Notes: a model not told the origin generated them from the letters alone. A DNA stretch of 64,000 nucleotides from Octopus sinensis (GCF_006345805.1 NC_043004.1:24738001-24802000); one strand, 5' to 3'; positions 51,060 through 63,864 are shown, numbered from the stretch's first letter. Translations and numbers: made by a program.

Positions 51060-52100
51060 TTCTGACTCTTTTCAGATGTATAGCAAGGAACCAAATCCTG
51101 CTGTTACATATGGCCTTCCAGCAGCAGTCCTCTCTAGCCAGGGATTGACCACAGTCTCCATCTGAATTGATCTTAAAGCCTTGTTCAAAAATGTGAGGAA
51201 TCAAATATAAATTTAGTGTGTCCTCAGGGACAAGAGAATGAGCTGAAAAGGTCTAGGGTTTAGCTGGTGTTCTTAATTGATATTGGTGAAGTGATGAAGC
51301 ATAGTAACAGTTTGTCAAGGTATTGGAAAGCTGTTTGGTAGGATGATAGGGTGACTGAGATTGTGAATTCTGATGAAGAAATAAATTATGTAGATGTGGG
51401 GTCTGATCTTAATGAGGTTACTAGCTGAGCAAGGAAATGGATTAGAAGAGGTGAATTTGTGTAAAAAATTGGTCAATTGTTCAAGTAACTTCCTAGCAGA
51501 GAAGCTTGTTGGGTTGGTGGAGTATTTCTTGACTCAGAGTTTGCTAAACTATCATGGGACTCCACCCTTATCAGCTGAGTTTGATGATATTATCCAGATT
51601 ACAAAGTTTCTGGAGAGCATAAACTTCCAATGAGGGAAGAATCAATCTTTTGTGCTAATTTTTTTTTTTATTTTAAAATTGAAAATGCTCAAATTGTAAT
51701 GGCATCACTTGTTGATAAACAAGTCAGTTAAGTGTAGACCCAGGTTGGGTGTCCATTTTTGGAGCTGATAAATTTATTCCTTGGCAGAGAGCTCTAGAAT
51801 TCAGTTATAAAAGGCTTTAGTTGGAGCTGATGGGAAAAAGACTTGGTATCAGCACATATGACAAACATGCTTAGTATACCCCATAGATGAAATGGTAAAG
51901 TTTTGGCCCCTACTAAGGACAGCTCATTCATCACCTATGAAAACTAGATCTCTCAGGAAAGTGATCACAGCAGATGATGAAGTAAGAGGTTGATGAAAGA
52001 CCAGGCAGTTTTCAGTGTTCAGAAAATTGTAGAAACTGTTGTTGAGATGTATTTGGTGAGTTTTACATAAATTGTGTCAGGAGCTTTCATTTGATCTCCA
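51060..52100 (-). mobile_element. Penelope-like element RT relic
   Basis: Frameshifted DE*AVLSRGQNF (LSKGLNF motif), IIK.ADKGG, KNTS*TL.LF..IF (IKDT..IFTMD) and an AMGxRxGPxY-like segment. Confidence 0.6.
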
Positions 52101-52975
52101 ATGTACCATAAATTCAAAATCATTGAGGACCACTATAGTAGAGTGCAATTAAAGGGAAATTTGGTTGCCACTTTTACCATGTAGAGGCTACCTTTTTAGC
52201 TTGATATCAATTATTCATAGCTTTATAGATATTACTTCACAGTGTTTAACTTCTTTTATTATGTTTTTCTTCTTATTACTATTTTTCTTTCCTAATAAAT
52301 TAGTTCACATCTGTTGGGAGTTAATTTTCTCTCAGCTCCTCATATTTTGGTATGCAACAATACCACGAGTCTGTAGAGTTGCCATAGTGAGAACTTGAAA
52401 TAAGTAAATACTTTGTTTCATTGACATATTCTTTATTCTTTTACTTGTTTCACTCATCTGACTGTGGCCATACTGGAGCACTACCTTAAAGGTTTTTAGT
52501 TGAACAAATTGACCCCAGGACTTATTATTTGTAAACCTTGTACTTATTCTATCAGTCTCTTTTTGCCAAACCACTAAGTTACATGGAGGTAAACACACCA
52601 ACATCAGTTGTCAAGCGATGGTGGGGGGCAATTTTAAAGATGTTTGTTCACTTGACCGGTTTCACTTTTTTAGAAAAAGATTGTCAAAAGTAAAATGTAA
52701 AACTGTGTATAAGCTTTGTTGTGTTAAGTATTGGTTGTCACAAAATATTACAATACATATATACATTCTTTGATAATAATAAGAAAATGTTAAAAACAGT
52801 TTGCAAGGAAATATCTTGAGAAAATATTAAAAAAAAATTTCAATAAAAATATTAGGATTTCATTAAAAATCATGTTTGTTTGGAAGTATCTATATATATA
52901 CACACATTTTGTGTATATATATATAGATATTCTGGCCAGGTGGGAGCCTGTACCACGCTTCTGAGTGTGTTTTGG

Positions 52976-53014
<39 letters not shown>

Positions 53015-53254
53015 TTTTATTTGTTTTAGTCATTTGACTGTGGCCGTGCTGGAGCACCGCCTTTAGTCAAAGAAATCGACCCCAGAACTTATTCTTTGTA
53101 AGTCTATTTCTTATTCTATCGGTCTGTTGCCAAACTGCTAAGTTACAAGGGACATAAACACACCAGCATTGGTTGTCAAGCAATGGTGGGGAGACAAACA
53201 CAGACACACAAACATATATATACATACATACATACATACATATATGTATATGTA

Positions 53255-54110
53255 TATCATCATCATCATTCAGCGTCCGCTTTCCATGCTAGCATGGGTT
53301 GGACGGTTCAACTGGGGTCTGTGAAGCCAGAAGGCTGCATCAGGCCCAGTCTGATCTGGCAGTGTTTCTACGGCTGGATGCCCTTCCTAACGCCAACCAC
53401 TCCGTGAGTGTAGTGGGTGCTTTTTACGTGCCACCCGCACAGGTGCCAGATGGAGCTGCAAACGGCCACGGACGGATGGTGCTTTTTACGTGCCACCGGC
53501 ACGGGGGCCAGGTGAGGCTGGCAACGACCACGATTGGATGGTGCTTTTTACATGCCACCGCATGGGGGCCAGGCGAGGCTGGCAACGGCCACGATTGGAT
53601 GGTGCTTTTTACATGCCACCGGCACGGGGGCCAGGCGAGGCTGGCAACGACCATGAACGGATGGTGCTTTTTACGTGCCACCGGCACAGGGGCCAGGCGA
53701 GGCTGGCAACAGCCACGAACGGATGGTGCTTTTTACGTGTCACCGGCATGGAGGCCAGTTGGTGCGGCGCTGGCAACGGCCACGATCGGATGGTCCGCTT
53801 ACTTATCACCGGCACTGGTATCACAGCCGCAATTTCCATTGATGTTGATCGACTTCGATTTTGGTTCTGCTTTCTGATATCTGATTTGATTTGGTTTGAT
53901 TTTCACTTGCCTCAACGGGTCTTCACAAGTGGAGTTTTGTGTCCCAAGAAGGAAAGGTATGTATAAGTCAACTGGCTACATACCAGGTAGAGGCCATGGG
54001 TTATGGTCTCACTAGTCTTGCTGGGTCTTCTCACGCACAGCATACTTCCATAGGTCTCGGTCTCTAGTCATTTTCTTGGTGAGACCTAAAGTTCGAAGGT
54101 CGTGCTTGGG
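53255..54110 (-). mobile_element. RTE LINE 3' region inserted into the microsatellite of a family A SINE
   Basis: (atc)n tail at 53257; SINE halves at 53005-53250 and 54110-54265. Confidence 0.85.
53416..53815. repeat. 62-bp GC-rich minisatellite, about 6.5 units
   Basis: ggtgcttttt starts at 53416, 53478, 53540, 53601, 53663 and 53725; most units carry the hairpin GTGCC-acc-GGCAC. Confidence 0.95.
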
Positions 54111-54353
54111 CTTCTTTCGGTTTCCCGTCTACTAAATCCACTCACAAAGCTTTGATCAGCCTGAGGCTATAGTAGAAGACACTTGTCCAAGGTGCCACAC
54201 AGCGGGACTTAACCTGGTACCATGTGGTTGGTAAGCAAGCTACTTACCACACAGCTACTCCTACACCTATATATACACACAAAACCTTTATTCACATCAT
54301 GTTTGTGGATTTTAGGACTGTCTTAAATTTTTTTTTATTTACATTTTTTGCAG

Positions 54354-54425
54354 ATAAATATGAATTAAGTGTTTGTTTCTCCTACAATCTTTCAAGTTTT
54401 GGTAAACCAAATATTGATGGAGTTG
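54354..54425 (+). CDS. Orphan 72-nt symmetric (phase 1-1) coding exon candidate, gene unknown
   Basis: Strong acceptor ttttatttacattttttgcag| and donor gttg|gtgagt; open frame (D)KYELSVCFSYNLSSFGKPNIDGV(G); not recognisably repeat-derived. Confidence 0.45.
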
Positions 54426-55131
54426 GTGAGTAGGTAAAGGGAAGAGAGTAACTTAAAATAACCTTTCTTTCCTAATATTTGTTTTGTTTGATTCCTCCTC
54501 CCCACACCCGTCCACGTACTTCATCAACCACTGCCCACTACCCCTGCCAAGTATCTCCTGCCCACTATCCCTTGATCACTAATCCTTCACCCACCCTACT
54601 CTTTTTGTTTTGTATGATAATAGTGATAGTGATGTGTTAGACAGAAGAACTTGCTGGTGATTGTTGTATTGTTTGGTGTGTTCAATATTAAATGACTCCG
54701 TGTATGCATGTGTGTGTGTGTGTGTGTGTGTATGTGTGTGTGCGTGCATGTGTGTGGGTGTGCTATTATGATTTAGCTTGATTCATTCTACTTATTAAGA
54801 TCAATAGTTTGTTAATGTATGAATCTTGAAGGTATCACAAGGCAAGTAAAAACATTGGAGTTTGGAAGAAACAGGCTGGATATTGGCTGAACATCATGCT
54901 GCAATTGATTTTCATCAACCAGATTGTTACTGGTTCGCTTTATAATATTTCCCTGTTGTTTAATGCATAAACAGGAGCTTTGCCTGTGTGGCTGTATGAC
55001 TGTATCATTTTCTGGGGTTTTTTTTTACCTTCTGATCCTATTTACACATGCATATACACATATGCACATGCAAACACACACACACACATGTATGTATGTA
55101 TGCATGTATGGGGCTGCATATGCATGTGTAC

Positions 55132-55179
<48 letters not shown>

Positions 55180-55880
55180 AGATAGATAGATATACACATA
55201 CATAAATACATAAATACACCAACACACATGCAACGTGTGCTTTTGCGTGCACACACACACACACATACACACACAGAATTGACTGTCATGTTGACCTAAT
55301 CACTATCCACGCTTCTACCTAAATTTCCTTTTCTTTTTGTTTTCATATTTTTTTCATTTATGTTACTAAGCAACAGTTTCCATTTTGCTAACCTTTTTAT
55401 TTTGTTATTCTTTTCATTCTGAATTAAAGATATCTTTCCAATTCGTATTGGTATGGTAACAAAATAATAACTGAATAAATAAATAAAAACGCCATTGATG
55501 ATGAAGACAATCAATTAGAAAAGAGTGCAGTAAGGTTTATAAATCCTTCATTTGTAAGCACTCATCTTTTTCATGATGATGACCAAGCAGATATAAGTCA
55601 TAGGTGTGCCTATAATATCACAGCAAGTGAAATTTAAAATTAAAAGAGGAGAGGTTGATAGAAATCCAAACTTCCAATCTTCAGTTCGGTTTCCATGTCT
55701 AACCTCACCAATGACCATGAATGCTGGGTAATGTCCAAAATAGTACAATCACGAGTACAAGTGATTGAAATAGGATTCCTCCAAAGGATCTCAGGAGTAA
55801 TGTTACTCAACAAGGTGTACTATACTTATTCTTTCAAACCCCTTTCCCATTGTATTGAATGGGTTTGCTGCTAAGTGCTA

Positions 55881-56083
55881 TGACTGGGTGCTGAAAGGTT
55901 CCTGGCTTTGTGTTAAAGAAAATAAAGGAGCATCAGTTAATTATGATTTTATGTAACATATTCCCCTCTCAGATTCATACATTGCAGTGGTCCTTCAGTT
56001 TTTCTAAGCCTTGTAAAAAAACTCAGAAGGTTGGGCCTCTAACCAGGCCTTTCATAATACCCTTAACATCAGGAACACACCCT
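55881..56083. mobile_element. Tc1/mariner-type MITE (degenerate right end)
   Basis: TA|tgactgggtgctgaaaggttcctggct; body matches 56311-56524. Confidence 0.7.
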
Positions 56084-56310
56084 TGTGCACTGGAAATATA
56101 TTTTATCTCAAGGAAAACATTGTGGTATTTTGTTTAGATTTTTGAAAGGTAGCAGATAAATTAAAGAGGTGAAAATAAAGACCAAAGTTTAATTATTAGA
56201 AAACAATAAGTGAGCAGAAATCAGATATTTACCAGTATCTGACTGGTAATTACTAATTCACAATTAGCAGGTGGTTACCTTGTGAAAGTAACAGGGGTTC
56301 CTCATGTATA

Positions 56311-56524
56311 TGAGGAGGTACTGGAAAGTTCCTTGCTTTGGGTAAAAGAATACAGGAGGATCGGTTAATTATGCTTTTATTCAACATATTCCCCTCTCAG
56401 ATTCATATACTTATTGCAGCAGTCTTTCAGTTTTTCTAAGCCCTGTAAAAGTACTTGGAAGGTTGGGCTCCCAACCAGGCTTTTTGTGATACCTTAAAGC
56501 TAGGAACTTTTCAGCACCCCCTCA
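56311..56524. mobile_element. Tc1/mariner-type MITE, complete
   Basis: TA|tgaggaggtactggaaagttcct ... aggaacttttcagcaccccctca|TA. Confidence 0.85.
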
Positions 56525-56534
56525 TACAAGGCAG

Positions 56535-57160
56535 TGGTGATGATTAGTGTTGTGAAGACTGGGACATTGACTCTCTCATCAAACTCATCCCAGTGCACCC
56601 TGCATGTTAATGAAACATCACCGAGGCAAGTGAAGTTTAAGTATCTCAGGGCTATATTTATGAGTGATAAGAAGCAAGGGACTGAATTAGATGCTAGAAT
56701 TGCTCCATTTGATTCTCAGAAGAGAAGAGGTTGATAAATAAAGCCAAACTTGCTATCTTCAATTCAATTTTCATGCCAGTTTTCACCTATAGTCCCGAAT
56801 GTTGAGTAATGACTGAAAGTGCATGCTAGCGAATACAAGCAACTTAAATAGGGTTCCTCTGAAAGATCTCCAAATTAAGGGTTACTCAACAGAGTGTGTA
56901 GCTTAGAGATAAGTGAGTCTTTCTGAGATGAGCCACTACTTGTGAGATTTCTGCTCTGGTACTTTGGACATGTGGTTAGAATGTTGTAGGAAAGAATCAG
57001 AAGATAGGTTCTTCAATCTGAGCCAACCATCAGTAGACTAGGTGTAGACCAAAACTGAAGTAGTTGGATAATATCCATAGTCTTTGCTGGCCACACTTCA
57101 AACTCCAGTCAGGAAGTCTAATAATGGTTGCTTCTGATAGGTCCCTATGGAAGAGGTACC
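56535..57160 (+). mobile_element. RTE-clade (Expander/Rex3-like) LINE ORF relic; shorter copy near 55620-55820
   Basis: QCTLHVNE..QVKFKYL..SDKKQGTELDARI..KAKLAIFNSIFMPVFTY..EPLL..WYFGHVVRM..RPK..LDNI..SDRSLW, with stops. Confidence 0.8.
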
Positions 57161-58656
57161 CTTCCAGGAATAATGGACTGAAAATATGGACAGATGGATG
57201 GACAAATACACCAAATACACACAACCTAGTTGTATGGTTAAAAGGTTGGGTTTGTAATCAGGAGGTTCAGGGTTTGATCCCTTTGCACAGCATCTTGGGT
57301 CAGTCTTTATCAGTGTCAGTTGTCATGTTGGACATAATCCTAACAATATGATTAGTGGTAGCTCTTGGATGATATTACTAATAGTATCATCTGGTGAAGA
57401 AAAATGTTCCTAACATATTTTGGTGGAAAGCCTTCATTATTCAGCAAGGGATGAATGACAATACATTTTTTCTATTCATTCTTAGGTAACAAATCAAGTT
57501 ATTTCAGTGAATGATCAACATTTGTATAACGTTATCTAAGCATGTTTCCGGATGTTGATCCTCTAACATCTCCTTCTCATCACCATCATCATCATCATCA
57601 TCCTCATCCTCACTACTGCCACTGCCACAACTACTGCTGCCACTGCTACCACCACTATGTCCACCACCACCACCACCACTGTCATCGGTCATAGTTGTCA
57701 TCATCAATCATCATCATCATCATCATCCTCATCATCATCATTATTTTCCATGCTGGCATGGGTTGGAAGGTTAGTTCTTATTTGGTGTTACTGCCTTCCT
57801 AGATAGGCTGGAGGGCCACGCTCCACATACTTCTTTTATTTTCAGCTTGTTTTCAATGACTAGATGTCTTTTAGTCACCAATTACTTTACATACTCTACT
57901 GGATACACTTTATCTTGGCACCAACATTAGAGAGGTCTACATGTTCTTGACAAAACTAAAATATCCTCTCAATCCTATATTAACTCTTCTTTTTGCCAAC
58001 CTCTTTACTGTATCTACTGGACGCATTTTATTGTGACATCAGCACTAGTGAGGTTGCCATGACTTTGGCAGATCTAAAGAGTCTTCTCAGTGCCACTCAA
58101 ATGCCAACCACTTTACAGAGTATACAGGGTGCATTTTATCATGGCACTAGCATCACTGGGATTGCCTTGTAACACATAAGACTAAAGAATCCTTGTTATA
58201 CTGTGATATGTTCAAACATACAAAAAGACATGGCTGAGAAGGTGAGTAGAAAAATGTGTGCTGGCAGAGACGCAGTTAGAGTTGGTAAAATTTGCAAGTG
58301 AGTAGGAGAAAGAGTTATGAATAGTAATAGAAATGAAAGTGATCAGTGGTAAGTGTGAGTAATGAGTATTGACAGGAAGTGACTCAGGGGAGAGGGAGTG
58401 ATGGCTGGCAGTGTAGGAAGAGCCATGATCTGAGTTACCTACTGTTAATAATTCTTGACATTTAAAATGCTACATTTTGATGGAAAAAAATGATAAAAAC
58501 TGAAATAATGGATCATCTCTAAGGATTCTGTTTGAACAATATTATGGTATGCAAACAATTATAATATCTAGCAACTGCTGCAGAATTACTGACATTGGAA
58601 TATATAAATATACATATATGGAACAGTAAACTATATATATATATATCATCATAAAT

Positions 58657-58708
<52 letters not shown>

Positions 58709-59455
58709 GTGTGTATGTGTGCGCATGCACGTGCACATATAACAGACATATTAATACAGAGAGAAGCTTTATGACTGTGATGTAAATGGAAAATCATTCT
58801 CTCAAAATAATTATGGAACTAAACACAAATCTATTTATGAAACATAATTACTGTAATATTTCCCAAAGACATAAAATAACTACGAATATTACCATATATA
58901 TTCCAGTTTTTAGAATAGTTACATTGTCTTCTTGCCTGTCATAACAAGGGTTGTATTTGGCAGTAAAAGAATGCCTTGAAAAAAAGTATTGTCCAGCCAA
59001 TGTCAGCATGCAAAAGTAGATGTACAAAACCAATGATGATATATGTATAGGTACAAACACACAAGCATGCATGCACGCACACATGAAGAAGGGGTAAAAT
59101 GATGATGATTCATATATATGTGTGCACGTGTGTATGTATATCATCATCATCATCATCTTATGTTTTCTTTCCTTATTGGCCAAAGTTAGTTTGGTTGTCA
59201 CAGTCTGAGTTAGTTGGATTATAAGACAATATCTTTTTCTTCATACATTTCAATTTTGACTTACTTTCTATGTCTTGCTGCACTTCCTTATATCAACCCC
59301 CTTTAAAGAGTTCGCTGGGTGTAATTTCTGTAGCACCAGCACTAGAAAGGTTGTCATGTTCACAGCAAGACAAAAAGATTCTCTTGACCCACACTGTTTC
59401 TGCTCACTTCTATGTACATACACTCATACATACATACATACATACATACATATGT

Positions 59456-59488
<33 letters not shown>

Positions 59489-59771
59489 TCAAGTACAATA
59501 TATGGATTCAACTAACCTGGTGGTACTCATACAAAAAAAATCCTTAATGTATCATTCTATGAAACGCATAGAATATATAGTATGATATAAAAATAAACAT
59601 AAAGAGTGCATAAATTAAAATTGAAGAAACAAATATACTATTATAAAATTTATTTTACCATTAGATATTCATAATTAACAACAGTTGTTTCACAGCTTAA
59701 TAAACATGTATAAATAATTTATTTTATATTTTATAAGTAATAAATTACTTACATGCCTGCATTAATATATA

Positions 59772-60007
59772 CAGTAGTCTCTTAACTATCATGGGTGTTA
59801 CGTTCTAAAATCTCCCACAGAAATATTTAAAATCTAGAAAAATATTAATGCCTATCAGCCACAGAATCCCACAATATACTGAGAAGTTTACAATATAAAT
59901 TTACATTTATTAGCCATAAAAATCCCTGATGCACTGAGTGTGCAATAGGTGAACTGCAATGTACTGAGTACATGATAGGTGAACCACAATATGGCGAGGA
60001 ATTACTG
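59772..60007. mobile_element. pogo/Tigger-like MITE
   Basis: TA|cagtagtctcttaactat ... atatggcgaggaattactg|TA. Confidence 0.65.
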
Positions 60008-60389
60008 TATACAATTTTTAAATTAATGCAGATATTAAGCTAGCGCTTCAGGTTAAAAGAAATCCATGATAAAAATAATATCTCAACATAACGTTTTGAA
60101 AATGCAGAGGGTCTTTGAAAATTGATGAGAAGGCAGAAAAAGAAAGTACTTGTGGAAGAATCTGCTTCAGTACAGTAAAAGATGGGGTAATTGTTTGAAA
60201 ACATAGCTAACCGACTGTAGATCCCAGAAGATAAATGAAATACAGAATGTGCAATACAAAAGTGCTTTCATAACTTCTTTGGAGCACTTGCAAATAGTTA
60301 TGCCTGATGAGTTCTATGGCACCACAGCTTCATACAAAAAGTAAGCAATTATTAATTATATTGAAATAAAGGAAACGGATATAGATGTA

Positions 60390-60548
60390 GGAGTGGCTGT
60401 GTGGTAAGTAGCTTGCTAACCAACCACATGGTTCCGGGTTCAGTCCCACTGCATGGCACCTTGGGCAAGTGTCTTCTACTATAGCCTTGGGCCGACCAAA
60501 GCCTTGTGAGTGGATTTGGTAGACAGAAACTGAAAGAAGCCTGTCGTA

Positions 60549-60585
<37 letters not shown>

Positions 60586-60804
60586 TTGTGTGTATATGTT
60601 TGTGTGTCTGTGTTTGACCTCCCTAGCATTGCTTGACAACCGATGCTGGTGTGTTTATGTCCCCGTCACTTAGCGGTTCGGCAAAAGAGACCGATAGAAT
60701 AAGTACTGGGCTTACAAAAGAATAAGTCCCGGGGTCAAGTTGCTTGATTAAAGGCGGTGCTCCAGCATGGCCACAGTCAAATGACTGAAACAAGTAAAAG
60801 AGTA
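60390..60804 (+). mobile_element. SINE family A, well preserved
   Basis: Complete head, (TA)n core and aagtaaaagag tail. Confidence 0.92.
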
Positions 60805-60834
60805 TAATATCAGCCATTGATAAAATGAGCTTAA

Positions 60835-61970
60835 ACCCAGCCACAGACCCTGATGGATTCCCAGAATCCCTCAAAAAAAAAAGGCAATGTTTCTCTAGCA
60901 AGACCACTACAGATCCTCTTCCAGATCTTCCTTGCAAATGGGAGGCTTCCCAGAAAGTTAAAGGAAGGTATGATATGTCCTATCCATAGAAGAGATAGCA
61001 GAGCAGATGCTAAAAACAAAAGACAGGTTTCTCAAACCTCATATGTCAGCAGAGTCATGGAATGCATTGTCAGAAGGAAGCTAATCATGTTCCCTAGAAG
61101 ATAATGACTTTCCCACTAACACACTACATAGCTTCCATTCAGGGAGAAGCTGTCTCACACAGCTTCTGCAGCAATATGACTGGGTGTTGAAATAACCAAT
61201 GAGTTGCTCAAATATGGATGTGATAGGCCTTTGATAGGTTGATCATGGGATGACATGTCACAAGCTACAGAAACTCAGCATAGTCAGAAAACTGGGAGAG
61301 TGGTTATATGACTTCTTAAAAGACAGATGTCAGGCTGTGGAAGCCAATGGGGCCCTGATCAAGGAGACAGTAATAGTGAGTGGAGTGCCTCAGGGAACTG
61401 TCTTGGGACTGCTGTGTTTACGATGGCTCTTTCAGACATACCATCGGTTACACAGACAGCTACACTTATTAGCTATGCCAGAGACTCAAAAGTAGTGAAA
61501 GCAGTCAAGGAACCTTTCAATGCTAATCTTCTACAGAAAGACTTAAATCAGTGTTTCCCAAACTTTTATTCAAATGAGTTTGCCCATCGACCACTTTTAA
61601 TATGCTTATTCTTATGTGTGTGTGTAAATATATATATATATATGAAATTTTGAATTTAATTCATGGACCCTCAGTACTACCTTTGCAGACCACCAGGGGT
61701 TCGTGCATCCAGGTTGGGAACCACTGACCCAAATGCTGAAGACAACAACATGCAATTTAATGCAGAAAAATTTTAAGCCCTCCACTATCAGTGAACTTGA
61801 GCTAACATATTGCAACAAAGGTACTTTGGACCAGAAGAAGCGGCAGTCTCAGAGTCAAGTACAGTGCATGATCTGGGGGTTGATATGAGCAACAACGCCT
61901 CATTTCATGTACATATTACCAAGATGGTGGTAATGTACAGGCAAATGGCCAGATGGATTCCAAGAATTTT
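60835..61970 (+). mobile_element. CR1/L2-group LINE RT relic (third family)
   Basis: LARPLQILFQ..LKEGMICPIH..AKN.R..S.TSYVSRVMECIVRRKL; KLGEWLYDFLKDR.Q.V..SGVPQGTVLG; NNMQFNAEKF. Frameshifted. Confidence 0.85.
61549..61726. mobile_element. hAT (Charlie-like) MITE inside the LINE relic
   Basis: TIRs cagtgtttcccaaac / ggttgggaaccactg; 8-bp flanks acttaaat / acccaaat. Confidence 0.75.
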
Positions 61971-62167
61971 TGGGTAGGTGTCTTCTACTATAGCCTCAGG
62001 CCAACCAGGTGCCATGCAGAGGAATTGAACATGAAACCACATGGTTGCAAATTAAGCTTTTTAAACACAGCCTATAGTTGAAAAAAAATAATATTTTCAC
62101 ATCAGAGATAGATAAAACTTTGAGTTGTAAAATTACTATTATTAAAATTTTATGTGTAAATAACGAA

Positions 62168-62567
62168 TGTGGCTGTGTGGTAAGTAGCTTGCATACCAAC
62201 CACATGGTTCCGGGTTCAGTCCCACTGCATAGGACCTTGGGCAAGTGTCTTCTACGATAGCCTCGGGCCGACCAAAGCCTTGTGAGTGGATTTGGTAGAT
62301 GGAAACTGAAAGAAGCCCATCGTATAAATGTATATATATGTATATGTGTGTGTGTGTGTTTGTATGCTTGTGTGTTTATGTTTGTCCCTCCAACATTGCT
62401 TCACAACTGATGCTGATGTGTTTATGTCCCCGTAACTTAGCAATTCGGCAAAAAGAGACGGATAGAATAAGTACTAGGCTTACAAAGAATAAGTCCTGGG
62501 GTCAATTTGCTCAACTAAAGGCGGTGCTCCACCATGGCCACAGTCAAATGACTGAAACAAGTAAAGA
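62168..62567 (+). mobile_element. SINE family A
   Basis: Complete head, body and tail. Confidence 0.9.
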
Positions 62568-63576
62568 AAAAAACAGGTTAAAAAAAGAAAACAGCCGGAA
62601 AGCAAAAAGCTCAATCATGTTTTGGTAAGCTTTATCAATGAATTTATCCTTAAACTATGCAGTCATTTTAGAGCATTCATTATTATTTTACACTCCTTTC
62701 TCTATACCAAGGAAAGAATAGTACAAGGTCAATAGAAGTGTTAATTCGGCTATGTGATTACTATACTGCCCTAGATATCGGAGTAGTTTTTCCACTATTA
62801 TTAGTATTTTGTGATAGCAGTATATCAGCTCTATGTGTATGAGGTTAACTCTAAGGAGTAAATATCAACCTATGTGACAACTTGGCTTTATAAAGAATGT
62901 GAAGTTACCTTAGAGGTTATTGGAGATTCCTAGATTAAAATTGACAGAGTCTAGGGAGTGCTGAATGTGTAATATCTGGTAAAGTTGATCAGAGTAACAA
63001 TTAATTAGTCAATGAGTCAACAAGTAAGTTGACATAATATAAGTAACTGTCAGTGTGGTAAGAAGTTTGTTTCCTAACCACCTGTTTCTGGGTTCAATCC
63101 CATTGCATGGCACTCTGGACAAATACTTTCTACTATAGCCCCAAGCCAACTAAAGTCTTGTGAATGGATTTGGTAGATGGAAACTGAAAAGAAATCCACT
63201 GAATTCGAGGTGCCAGACAGTGAGACTGAACCCAAAACTGTGAGGTTGGGAAGCAGATTTCTTACCACACAGCCATACCTGTGACTATAGTAGCAAAAAA
63301 GGAAAAGTGTAACAAAGCATGGCTATCATCATCATCATCATTTAACGTCTGTTTTACATGCTTGCATGGGTTGGATGATTTGACAGAAGCTGGCTAGGCA
63401 GAAGGCTGCACCAGGCTTCACTGTCTGTTTTGCTTACTTCTCAGCCATGTGATATTGAGTTCATTCTCACTTTGTAGCACTTTCAGTAAGTGTCTCTTAC
63501 TATAGTCCTGGGCCAACTAAAGCCTTGTGAGTAGATCTGGTAGATGGAAACTGAAATAAGCTTCTTGTAAATGTGT

Positions 63577-63611
<35 letters not shown>

Positions 63612-63615
<4 letters not shown>

Positions 63616-63805
63616 ATAAATATTAGGGAATGAATCCAGATACTGATTAGAAGATCGAAAATCCACCTGAAGATTGTCGGTAGCAGACATGAAACAATTG
63701 TTGTGGCGGTTTATTTAATTTATATTAAAATTTTATGTATTGATTAAGTTTTTTCTTGTTTGGTTTTAAAATAGTGGTTTTGTCTCGAATTATATTATAT
63801 ATATA
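63612..63805 (+). mobile_element. (TA)n-embedded short element carrying a hammerhead motif (Penelope/retrozyme-like)
   Basis: Left end aataataaatattagggaatgaatcc; right end matches the 86-bp arm at 48604-48689; flanked by (TA)n. Confidence 0.75.
63663..63706 (+). ncRNA. Minimal type-I hammerhead ribozyme motif
   Basis: CCAC (63663-66) CUGAAGA (67-73) u UGUC-gguagca-GACA u GAAA (91-94) C-aauu-G U U GUGG (703-706). Stem I CCAC/GUGG, stem II UGUC/GACA, palindromic minimal stem III CAAUUG, cleavage triplet GUU. Confidence 0.7.
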
Positions 63806-63833
63806 TATATATATATATGCATACATACACACA

Positions 63834-63864
<31 letters not shown>

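Noticed and set aside
51074-51192. Plus-strand exon candidate (ttttcag|atg...aat|gtgagg)
   Set aside because: Stops in all frames; it overlaps the minus-strand Penelope RT relic.
53299-53966. Long ORFs (192 aa, 158 aa) as novel repeat proteins, or a CRISPR-like array
   Set aside because: They arise from a GC-rich 62-bp minisatellite (not a multiple of 3) in an RTE UTR; the units are contiguous with no unique spacers.
57504-57725. Gly/Ser/Asp-rich ORF
   Set aside because: Drifting trinucleotide repeats (cat/cac/ctg) continuous with an RTE (atc)n tail; no splice context.
59262-59400. Minus-strand frame with a single TGA (…ELFKGG*YKEVQQ…) as a selenoprotein exon
   Set aside because: No resemblance to a known Sec motif and no convincing acceptor; consistent with chance.
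2726-60330. Other CUGAUGA/CUGAAGA heptamers (e.g. 2728, 6650, 41957, 51370, 60304) as hammerheads
   Set aside because: No stem II followed by GAAA and no stem I pairing.
11057-62628. Many 60-170 aa ORFs such as MSSNARGTNTDT... and ...TCPRCHAVGLNPEPCG
   Set aside because: All are translations of family A SINE copies and their microsatellites.
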